A stretch of 59,657 nucleotides of DNA, counting the filler, from Sphacelaria rigidula (lineage: Eukaryota), in assembly GCA_964200075.2 (NCBI GenBank). It is 5 parts of 5 records of this genome, joined end to end, with 100 filler letters (N's around TTAATTAATTAA, not from the genome) between each part and the next. Parts side by side here need not be neighbours in the genome. Positions count along the whole stretch, not along the records: positions 1 to 11,854 come from CAXNAA020004420.1; 4 more parts are not named here. One strand, given 5' to 3'. Made by a program: the position numbers and the translations under genes. The first letter of the stretch is position 1; each line of letters begins with the position of its first letter. The notes below the pieces were generated by a model, which was not told the origin of the DNA, did not search any database, and saw nothing but the letters and a program-made list of their open reading frames with translations. Positions 1-10,074 of this stretch are shown piece by piece.

Positions 1-983
1 AATCGCTAGTGCTCGACGTAGAAACGTCCAAAATCGGTCAACATTGGGGTATAAGTGGACCCGAAAGGGTCAAAATGGGGTATATTTTGACATAATTTTA
101 GTATTGAAAACGACTTTTTTTCTTCTCTTTTTTTTTGCGTCAGCTTCGTCTGGGCGTTATCTCTCTAACGAACCCAATTGTAGGATTATCGTCAGCGTTG
201 AAATACCCGAACGATCAAACGTCCATAACTGCACAGACTTATGGGACAGAGGAAGTATATGTTTGCGTGTTGATGTATTTTACCGTATATCTCTGATGCG
301 TCGACGGGGGAGCCGGCCGCAGCAGTACAATACGGGGAACGGCCGTAGAGGGCACTGGCCGGCGGGGAGATGCGCTCGCTTGTTGAGCTAGCTCACTTAC
401 GTGCGATCGAGGTAGACCGCATACCATCAGCGCTACTTTTGTCGACGGATTGCAGGTTTTCCAGGAAGGATTGGTGCCTCGTCGTTAATCTTATTGGCCG
501 CTAGTGTGTGGGTCATCTGTTGAGTCGACATCACCTTCTTTATTCCAAAATAATATCTAAGAGCTATTAATAACTGAGCATGTTTTTCGTTTTTTTCTTA
601 TTTGCTCCGAACGGTTGAATTTTTTTCCGATTTTGCCAAGCAAAGAAATTATGAAAAAAGAATCCAACGCTAGGTTTTCGCGAAAATGTGTACTCAGTCT
701 TAGAATTGATCTATTGCCTGAAACGGTCAAGAAATCTACTCTTCTCACATTTTTCGGAGGAGGTAATATGTGTCCTAAAATAATGTTGAAGATTTCGAGG
801 GGGCAAGTTGACCACTACGCGTAAGACCAGGTAACGGGCTTCGCATATTTTTTCAAAAGGCACCAAGGTCTCGAAATGAAAGAGTTAGATCGAGTATTGG
901 GGGGATCTGCGGTTTACGGATCGGGACTGGATGTCGCAGATTAATCTGGGTGAGGATACGCGGATTTTTATGGATCAGGTGGC

Positions 984-1333
984 GCCCCGGTGCCTCAGGT
1001 GGTAACCTCGAAACCCTCTGACGGCTGGGTCGTGGGTTCAATTCTCGGAGCGATCTGGGATTTTTTCTCATGCCCAACAGTAGAGAGCGACTATGTCGTG
1101 GGTACACAAAATTCGACTTGACGGTCGACGAGGGAAAGGGACTGCTACACCCCTTTCGCGATAAAAAAAATAAAAAGGCAAGCACCGCAGAAGGAAGGTG
1201 GGGTACTAAAAACAAATAGAAAAGAAAAAGCTCCTGTGTTGACCTTCCTCCTGTGTGACCCCGGCTGGTGCGCCCACATGTACCGAAAGGTGTAGACCGG
1301 CGTCCAGAATAGATGGGACGACAACACACACAG
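984..1333 (+). mobile_element. tRNA-derived SINE, family A (full-length copy)
   Basis: 5' head GCCCCGGTGCCTCAGGTGG (A-box-like) and GGTTCAATTCTC (B-box-like); 3' ACAACACACACAG tail; exact 8-bp TSD CAGGTGGC at 976-983 and 1334-1341; near-identical copy at 39183-39546. Confidence 0.85.
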
Positions 1334-1699
1334 CAGGTGGCATAAACGGACTCTGAAGTTGAAGCTGCTGGAGTGAGACGCATGTCCAGGACAGCGTGAT
1401 GAGAGCACATGTAGCGTAGAGTACACGACACCCTGGCCTGCCAGGCAAGTGGTATCATGAATAGAGGTGTAACATCCACCGGGACACATACATACACATA
1501 GTAGTTGAGCTATCAAAGCATTGTACATGAGTACCGCTTCCAAAGTTTTTGAGCGCGCACAAGTTGAACGTTTCCCTGGGGGAGGAGGGGGGGTGGGGGG
1601 TCCAGAATTTCGAATATTTGGAGCTTGGTACAGTATGATTCAGATGGCACCTGGTGGCCGAAGAGCTAACCCGTTGGCTGCAACCCCGTTCATATGACG

Positions 1700-3600
1700 A
1701 CATCCTTGCAAATCGGGCGTTTCGTGTCGATTAAATGTGCCATTTTCCCACAAGAATGTAAGCAAACGCTTTGTGGTCGAAGTGTCAAGAGAGGGGATCT
1801 CAGCGTGGTGCGCCCGTGGCTTATGACCTACACTGAGCACTAGGAAGGCACGTTGGAGAAGGATCGCCACAGGAAGAAGGCGCTGCATGGCGCCGACAAG
1901 GCAGGACTTCTCATACGACTCAAGCGATACTGGTGAACGACCTTGCGCCCACGAATGAGGATACCTTCAGGAAGGTCCGCGAAATATTCGGTGGAGAGGA
2001 TGTGTCGGAAATAGCTGCAGCAGGAGCGGCGGCGGTGGGAGTAAGCAGGAGGCTACCCGACCCAAACGGAGGTGCCGCAGACTACGGCCTCGACACGCTC
2101 ATAGCGGTTGTCAGGCAGCGGAATGCGATGTCCGTCACCGGAAATGACGGCCCGCTTTCCCCGCCCTCAGAGTGTCCTTTACACTGCAGAGGACAAAGAA
2201 AGTCCCGCCTCAGTCATGAGAGATCTTGGGTGGCGCGCCATGGAGCGGATCGACATCCTCGCGCCGACTTAAGGATATTCGTGGCAAAAAATAGTGTCAA
2301 TGCACTCGAGGAGAAGTGTCGCACGATCTTTGTGGGATTCATCTTACGACGAACGCTTGCGGCGGGGGCGATCAGACAACACAGAGTGGTGCTCAAGGAT
2401 ATGAACTTGTCGGGTCGGCAATACGGAAGAGCAGTGTGTCTGGTTGGGCAGATATAATGGGTCCGGGCGTAAAAGTATATCACCAGGCGGGGTACTGATT
2501 CATTACTCTCGACGACACCAATAACTGGAACCCCATGAAGCGAACGGAGATCTCGGAAGAAAGAGCTGCGCACGTCAAGGGCCTGATGCTCCTTGTTGTC
2601 AAACGCTATGGGAAGACGCCGACGGATGACCAGTCCCAGACCTACACGGGCGAAGGACGGGAAAATATCCTTCAATACATGGCTCTATCAAGACTATCGT
2701 CCAGGACCTCCCCTCTAGTGCACGTCTATCAATCCGATGTTGCTCAACTCGGGGATCTGTTCGAGGCGCTGGAAGTTGGACTACTCGCCCGCCTCGACCA
2801 CCTACTCGTGTTCGTACACGACCTGACGGCCGACACCTTGAGAGCGATCACCGACCTGATTGAGGAGCTGGCTCGCATTGGCATAAAGAGCAGCGGCGCA
2901 AAAACAAATGTGGTACGCCAATAGAACGACGTTTGTACTGAGTAGAAGATAGCGACGCTCGTGGCTGTGGGCCTTCGTGCGGGGGAAGGGGGAGACCCCG
3001 TGGTGGTTGTCATGCCGATCGGAACGGATGCCTTTTTCGGCACCATGCAGTGGTAATCGCCACACGACGACCTGGCCCGCTTGCCGGCGCGATTGCCGAG
3101 CAAGCAGACGGCGGAAGAGCCCCGGATGCCTCCGATCGCGCCTTACGTAAGAAACGATCCCTGATTATTCGTCACTCACACCAACACCCAGGTGGGTGAA
3201 CTCCTACAGCGAGAGAGCGCTACCATCGAGAACTTGGTGGCCATCAAGCTCCGAGGCGCGCAAAAGCGCACACTACTCACGTACACACAACAAGACCATG
3301 TTTTCTTCGATCAGGGTATCTCCAAACTTTACGCCCTCGCGGTGGAAAGCTTGGGGGGCATTGGAAAATACGGAGAAGAGCTTCTCGATCAGGTGGTAAC
3401 CAGCGTGGCCGGAGACCACGAGGGGAGAAAGCTATCTCAGCGGCGGGTCCATCTGACATGCTTTAAGCAGGTAATCTCGGCGACAACGCAGGTCCCATAT
3501 CCAGGTAGATACAATGGTACCGCTTGGCGTTACGAGGAAGACACGAAGCTGCACGGGAGGTTTTTGACCCTGGGGCGTGGGCACAAAGTCTAGCAGCACC
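1700..3600 (+). mobile_element. Degenerate, internally deleted CRE-clade (RT + restriction-like endonuclease) non-LTR retrotransposon
   Basis: Frameshifted ORFs carry CRE-type motifs in order: LAPTNEDT..., SVTGNDG (SAPGPDG-like), LRRTLA...RQYG, a degenerate LD(H)LL catalytic region, MPIGTDAF (LGxPIG-like), and a C-terminal ALAVESLGGIGKYGEELL...ISATTQ typical of the RLE end. Boundaries are approximate. Confidence 0.6.
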
Positions 3601-3915
3601 TTCTGGATGACCGCCGTTTTGCTGCGCACTCGTTGGTGTTGTCGTCGTTTTTGTACGTGACCTTTTTTGTTGGTGGACATCTGGCATTGCGTGCTTTTTT
3701 GTCTCTAGTTGTCGAATCATTGTTTTCGTGCTGTGGTCGTATGCTGTTGCCATTCAAAGTTTTAGCCGGCAGTTGTGTTTAGCCTTTCTAGATTCAAATC
3801 GCACGTTCATTACAGGTATGGTTTCAAGTGAGGGACCCCTTTGGGTATCTCGAACGCACGTTTTTCGCTGTTGGGCCTAGGGGTGGCACATCTCTCAGTT
3901 CCGACTCCCCACTTC

Positions 3916-4014
3916 GAGGTGTTTCTATCAGGAGTAGGAACGGTGCTCCGTCTCGAAAGGGATGTGTGGTCAATGGCCAAACGTCTAAGGCGAGCAACAA
4001 ATGAGTACGCTCCC
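3916..4014 (+). mobile_element. LINE family B, 3'-end fragment
   Basis: Matches 9920-10021 (GGAACGGTGCTCCGTCTCGAAAGGGATG...AAATGAGTACG followed by C-rich sequence). Confidence 0.85.
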
Positions 4015-5099
4015 TTCGCCCCCTTTGCCCCCTCCCCCTTTTGGCCTTGCAGCAATAGTTCACACATTGGCACCCTTCTTGCTCCATGTCCAGTAACATT
4101 ATCTCAACACGTGAATCAACTTCAGTGCCAGAGCTGTTACTATACATCCGGTAGCTGAACTCCTTGGATTTAGAATACATCCACCCTCCTCCGCCAAGCG
4201 TGGGCTCGAATGAAAAAATAATGTGTCGCGCAAGCTTCTACTCATGTGCCACCCCTTGGTTGGACATTAACGCCTTTAGCATCCATGCGCCAGCAGGCCG
4301 CTTTTTTTATTTCCCCTGCTGGGGGTTCGGAATCGCTGTTTTGACTGGAGCGGCAACGTCTTCATGTGAACAAGTGAGTTAGTTCTCGCTCTCTATGCTA
4401 TTCCCACGCACATAGCTAGCCCTCTCCTGGTGATGTTAGCACACTACCGCCACCAGCTGCTCTTCAACCAGTGCATATGCGTCTCCGCTGTTGCGAGCGT
4501 CACCGGCAACGCTAGCGAGATACAGGACGAACGTGTACAGGGCACAGCAAGTGTGTTCGCTGTATGCGTTGCACCAACACAATCTAGACTGCAACAACCC
4601 CCCACCTTGGCTGCTCAACCATGTTAGCCTGCTGTGATGCTGTTGATCGCAGAATAAGGTACGCTATTTTTTTCAGCACACGGGCTTCTGGCTAGACCCT
4701 CTCGCCCACAACACACCGCATTCCTCCACGGGATTGTTAGGCCACGGGTGCTAAAACGATTATCAAACAAGTTATCTCTGCAGTCAGTCGCCAGAGCTTC
4801 ACACGGCACTCGATTTGCCGCCTACTTTATGTACGGATGACTAGCATGGTATGCATACGAGGGAAGAGTCTCGCACACGGAATACACAACACACAATACG
4901 TTGATGAAAAATTGATGTACAGCCCTGTCCAATATTTTCCTTCGTAAAGAATATACACATTTCATCCCTGACAGTGGATGTACCATTTATATTTTCATCG
5001 TCAATACCTGTGGATCACGACATGCTCCTGAATATATATCACGAAACAGAACAGTGTGGCGTTGAGGGCAAGTAACGTGTACGGCGTTTATCCTACAAG

Positions 5100-6530
5100 G
5101 GCACACCAGGGGTTCCCCTGTTTGCACACACACCGCGGCATTTACTCCAAGGAGAAGCACCTATTTCGCCGGCAAACGCAACGGTAAGAATATACAAACC
5201 TACCCCCGTCAATCACCATCCACCCAACTCCTTGCGCACTTTGCTTCTCACGCTGGTGCGCTATACCCGAAGATCGGGATCATCGAGGGTCATATGCCAA
5301 TTCGGCGAATTCTGAGCACACGGTACGCCTGAGGAATTGTCCTGCTCCATCGCGCCGGACAGATCACACGCAAAGAGGAGGGAAAAACCCTCGCAGACAG
5401 GTTGCAATAACTTAACTCCCACCAAAAGCGTGCTCTGGGTTCTATTTTTTCGTCACAACATCCCCGAGGATCGTCCCTGCTACAACGTGAACAAGAATAA
5501 TGGAGGATCTAGGAACATTAGGCGAAACGATCTCCTCCAGTCGCCATCGTCTTTCACCCCGCATCTCAGGACACACGCACGAACCCCGCGAGGGCGCATA
5601 TCCGAAAATTCAAGGAACACAAGGAGGGAACGAGAAGAGAGGACTGGAGAAATCCTTGTTCCCGAACACTCTTCCCCCCCCGCACCCCCCCTCATTCGCC
5701 AACGCGCGCTGAGGCACTGCTTCACGTCCAGACCCAACATTATCTATCCTCACAAGTCGAACGTTGTGCCCAATACCGTTAGCTCCATCCACTAGGCATT
5801 CAGTTCTGCGATCCCCACTGCGTACGTCTACAGCATCGTCTCGCATTTTAAGACTCGAAGCAAAAGAGAACCAAATGCACAACATACATAATATGTCCCA
5901 CGCCCCGAAAACTTTGCAGGGTATCACCCCCTTGCTACGCTCCGGGGGTTGAAGTGTCCCTGGTCACAAGGCCGATATTGGTGTAAGATTCGCTTCCGGT
6001 GAAGCGCATGCTGCGTCGTAGGTCCTAAATCACAAAATATGCCGCACACTACGAACCCTCCCCCTCCCGCTCCTGCTGCCCGTGATAGGCTCCTAAAGTG
6101 GAAGGTCCGCGACGGGGCACTGGCGAAGATAGAGAGGTAGTTTCCAGTGACGACGGTTCGATCGGTCGTATTTTTTTGCCGACCTTGGAGAAGTCTAGCC
6201 CCAATGCCCCGGAGCTCAGGGTGCCAGTCATGGAGGATCGTCTTCTCCCCAGCGAGTTCCCTGTTTTCAGTGACCCCGTATGGGTCATCGTGCTATTGGA
6301 ATGCCGACGATGCCCAATGTTAGCTTCAAGGTCTCCGTAGAACCATAGCTGCAAAGAAGGACGGGAGCGGGAGCAATATGATGAGTAAAACGCAAGCAAA
6401 CGAACCGACGCAAGGAAGGGAGTGCTGCATTCCTTTTGAGGAGGCGGGGAATATCACCATATGATTGAATATCGCTCGCCACGTTCATTATATCACGGAG
6501 GACTACTGCTCTAGATACGGGGTACATCCA
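5100..6530 (-). mobile_element. Highly degenerate DIRS/Ngaro-like (tyrosine recombinase) retrotransposon remnant
   Basis: Minus-strand fragments resemble, in order, DIRS-type RT (SLQLWF ~ LQFGW; CKVFGAWDILCMLCIW ~ K..WDT.LEVLGW), RNase H (LEFSDM ~ LELLGM; HVVAGTILGD ~ HVxGxxNxLAD) and a possible YR segment (GLYILTVAFAGEI). Many stops; similarity judged by eye. Confidence 0.4.
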
Positions 6531-6666
6531 CGATTACATGCTCAAACGGGCCGAAGTGTGTGTAAAATCGTACACGAACAGTACTTGCGGATTACCTGGC
6601 AAGTCTGTTCTTGTAGTCTCAGACCGTGACTGAACGATTTCACGCATTCTTTATAAATACGGTACA

Positions 6667-6700
<34 letters not shown>

Positions 6701-6728
6701 CCTACCTATTTATCTATTTATCTATCTA
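6667..6728. repeat. (TATC)n microsatellite
   Basis: Seen directly. Confidence 0.95.
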
Positions 6729-7028
6729 ACCTACAGTAGGTCGGGTGTTGAGCGATGACTTGTGGTGTTTAATTCAGGAGTCAGAACAGAACAGAGGGGA
6801 CAACGGAGAGACGTGCTGGGTGGTAGCGTGACAAAAGAGATAGCTTTTAAGTGACACCGGATATTTCCGCGGAATTTTACTTCGCAAAATTACACACACG
6901 TGTTTGCGAAGATCCCCCCATCCAGTTGACCTATAGCAAAAACAAAAATACCAGGTAGCGTGCCAATTGCATCGTGTGGGTAATGGACTCTGGCGTTCCC
7001 TGTATGTACCGAAATATTTGTATCTTAC

Positions 7029-8124
7029 CCTGTAGACCTTTGGCCCGAAGAGGACCGATATTGTGAAAATCGATCCTGCCACAGCGGTCAACGTCGACGC
7101 GCCAACGACTACGCTGATTTTGTTCACCATAAGGACTCGTACCGCGATGTTCACCAGCCCTAGAAGCATGGTGTTGTAAACTGACAGGCAGATGGGTTGC
7201 GACTGCACACACGGTAAAAAGAGTAGAAAGGAAGGCAAGGCGAGGTGAGGGGTCGCTCTCGGTTCAACGGTAAGTAACGACGAAATCGGGTAGAAAAAAG
7301 TGAAGTGTGGGGAGGCTTGACGGGAGGAGACAGGGGGCGGCGGTCGCCGATGCACGATCGAGCGGGATGCGCAGCAAGCGATACCTGAAGGAATACCTAG
7401 ATCAGTATCCAGTAAACTCTGATTGAATACACTGGAAACCAGATCGGCCTTCATGTATTGGGCAGCAAACACGTCTACTCGACCAACCGCGCACGGTTTA
7501 GGTCGTCGCTTTTGTACGTGAACATGTACTCGGAAAGAGAAAAGACGAGTAAAACGAGATGTGTCGTGTGAAAGGTGACAAGCCCGCCAAGCACAGCTAT
7601 AACCATTGCTAAGTTAGCTTGCAGTTCTGCACGTGAAGAGCTTGTCAAGGGCGTGTTGGTATACATGCTTAGGAGCATGTGCACAACCGTGTGTACGTGC
7701 TCAAGTTGCTGAATACTCTGCGCTGAGGGCCCCAACACATGTAGCCCAGAAAATAATGTCATGCTCGTTCACCTGCAGAGGCCCCGAATCGTTGAGCGTA
7801 ACAGTGGTCTATGTCCAAAGCTTTCGACTTTTTAGGTGGATAGCGGAAACAGCTGCGGGTCACGGATACGAACCACCCTCGTGTGTGAAGGGACCATTAA
7901 GCGGGTGAAAATATAAGCTGTTCAACTCTGTATCGTGGATACTCGAAGTATCACTGCACAGACGGCATGAAACATAGCTAGTCGACCTACCTCGCCAACT
8001 CCATCCTCGCAATTCCAGGTCTTGGCTGCCATGACCACACCGAAGAGATTCAGGCACGCCTTCCACGACCACAACACAATACTGAACAGTGTGGACCCTC
8101 CCGCGCACACGGGATTCACCACCT
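7029..8124 (-). CDS. Class C (family 3, GABA-B-receptor-like) GPCR; two internal exons encoding TM5-TM7 (partial gene)
   Basis: Exon ~8124-7991 (VVNPVCAGGSTLFSIVLWSWKACLNLFGVVMAAKTWNCEDGVGE, donor GTAGGT) splices in phase 0 to exon 7202-7029 (SQPICLSVYNTMLLGLVNIAVRVLMVNKISVVVGASTLTAVAGSIFTISVLFGPKVYR; polypyrimidine-CAG acceptor, donor GTAAGA). The join rebuilds the 7tm_3 signatures K..L.LFG..LA..T, ES..I..SVYN and LFxPK. Confidence 0.8.
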
Positions 8125-8223
8125 CTAATTTTCGGCGCATGTATTCACGATGATATCCGGTGGGAAGGTATGGCAGTGCATGTGGGGCGAAACAACAGAG
8201 CATAGATTGTGATCCTTTGGTTA

Positions 8224-8272
8224 TAGTAGTAGTAGTAGTTGTTGTTGTTGTTGTTGCTGCTGCTGTTGCTGT
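8224..8272. repeat. (GTA)n(GTT)n(GCT)n compound microsatellite
   Basis: Seen directly. Confidence 0.9.
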
Positions 8273-8790
8273 TTGCTTCGAAGCTGTTGCTGATCTTGCG
8301 ATCGCGATATGGGTGTCAAAGCAGAGAGCTACGCTTTTGTTCCCATCCGTCTTTCTTGTGGATATGGTGCTATGAGCATGATTTTCGCGAAATTTAGCTA
8401 TTCCTGTTCTTAGTGACGTATTGTGCGCACTTCTCTGGCTGTTTGTGCTCACGACCCCGCGAAACAAAACGCGCTGAAAAAATCAGCGGTCGTCAGGAAA
8501 GCCTGCCGGTTTTGTGCGGTTGTGCGATCAGAACATCGGCATAGCTACCTATCCTCGCTGCACATCATGCTGAAGATACGACGGAACGTTTTTGCAGTCC
8601 TGTGGAGTTTTCGGTTGGAAAAGGGATTACTGCCATGGTTTCTCCCGCTACAGGCATTTCAGCAGGATATGTCGGTCATTCCTCTTTCAGGTGCACACTT
8701 GGAAATGCGAAAAACAATCGGTGAAACCGACTCGAGACGCACGTCTGAGGGGAAATGGGCACATAAACTACACAGGCGGTCGGGGCAGGG

Positions 8791-9142
8791 CAGGGTAGGG
8801 TACGGTAGGGTATTGCAAGGTGTCGATACCGTGGGTACCCTGGAGTGCTCAGTACTCCAAAATAATCAGGAAGGTTCCACAGGGTACCTTCCCTACTCTA
8901 TAGTACCCTGACTACCTGTGTAAAAGCGGTTAGGGTACTGTAGGGTAGGGTATAGAGTACGGTACTTGGGAGTGTCGATATCATGGGCATCCGGGAATAC
9001 TGAGTATTTTCCGCTCTCGATACTCCAGGTACCCTACAACTTTGAGTATTTCTGGCAGTCGATACTCTGGGAATCCTGGAGTATTGGATGCTTCAAAAAC
9101 CTCTGAAAATTTAGGATACCACAATGTGCGTGCCCTACCCTG
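8791..9142. mobile_element. MITE with CAGGGTAGGG(T/C)ACG terminal inverted repeats
   Basis: TIRs at 8791-8804 and 9129-9142; internal GGGTAC/GTACCC/GAGTA subrepeats; no clear TSD. Confidence 0.6.
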
Positions 9143-9179
9143 ACGACGACGGACGAACCGGAAGGGGCGAGGAGGGAGG

Positions 9180-9394
9180 GGGGGTGTATTTATTCGTTAC
9201 ATGCCTTAGTCGTTTGACCATGGACCACGCATCCCTTTCGGGACGGAGCACCGTTACTACTGCTAGTAGAGACACCTCCAACATCGGTGCTCATCACGTT
9301 TCTCCCGTGCACTATCACACAGAGCCTTTTGGATATCTTATCCCCTTCCTCATTTGCTGTTTGTGGCCACCATCTATCTCCTAGTGTGGCCATC
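9180..9394 (-). mobile_element. LINE family B, 3' fragment (inverted relative to the adjacent copy)
   Basis: Reverse complement of ~9805-10020; encodes MATLGDRWWPQTANEEGDK on the minus strand. Confidence 0.85.
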
Positions 9395-9411
9395 ACCCCC
9401 CCCCCCCACTG

Positions 9412-10021
9412 TCTAAGGGACATGATAGAAATAAAGGGGAAAAAAGCGCTCAGGCGCAAAGTAGACGAGGAAATAAACGTGAAGATATACGAGGGGCTGA
9501 GAGAGGAGATCGGGATGAAGACATATCTGCATGGCCCCATGGACGCGGCAAAAAAAGTAAAACTGCGATTACGGGTGGGGGACCCGAACCTGCCAGAAAG
9601 GAGAAAGAGATATACCAGTAGTCGTGTGGAGGAGGAAGTAGATGCACAGAACTGCCCCTGTGGCAAAGCAATAGAGAGCAGAAGTCATATAGTTGCAGAA
9701 TGTGAACTACGCAAGGAAGAACGGGACGTGCTAGAGGGGGAAATGCGGGACGTGAATGAAGGCGGCATGAAATCGTTTGATGCATTAGACAGAGACGAGA
9801 AAACGATGGCTATGCTAGGAGATAGATGGTGGCCAGAGACGGCGAAACAGGACGGGGATAAGACATGCAAAAGGTTTTGTGTGATGTATGGAAGTAACTG
9901 CATGAGCGCCGGAATGTTGAAGGTGTCTCTACAAAGAGTAGGAACGGTGCTCCGTCTCGAAAGGGATGCGTGGTCAATGGTCAAACGACTAACGCAAGCA
10001 ACAAATGAGTACGCCCCCCCC
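9412..10021 (+). mobile_element. 5'-truncated LINE (family B): C-terminus of ORF2 with CCHC knuckle, plus 3' UTR
   Basis: ORF 9287-10150 contains KIYEGLREEIGMKTYL...LRVG...CPCGKAIESRSHIVAEC...ER, the post-RT region and CCHC motif typical of APE-type non-LTR elements. C tracts on both sides (9396-9408 and 10014-10021). Confidence 0.8.
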
Positions 10022-10074
10022 TCCGCTTCGGAGGATCACGCATTACCGTGTGTGTTGCATGTACGTGTGCACTA

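Noticed and set aside
853..1543. Overlapping 80-214 aa ORFs that recur at 39194-39751
   Set aside because: Spurious frames across SINE family A copies.
7400..7780. Protein-like minus-strand ORFs inside the GPCR intron
   Set aside because: Interrupted by a stop and not needed for the GPCR splice; perhaps a transposase remnant, but no motif was strong enough to call.
8545..8600. Minus-strand AKTFRRIF resembling GPCR TM3
   Set aside because: No hydrophobic helices around it and no convincing join to the next exon.
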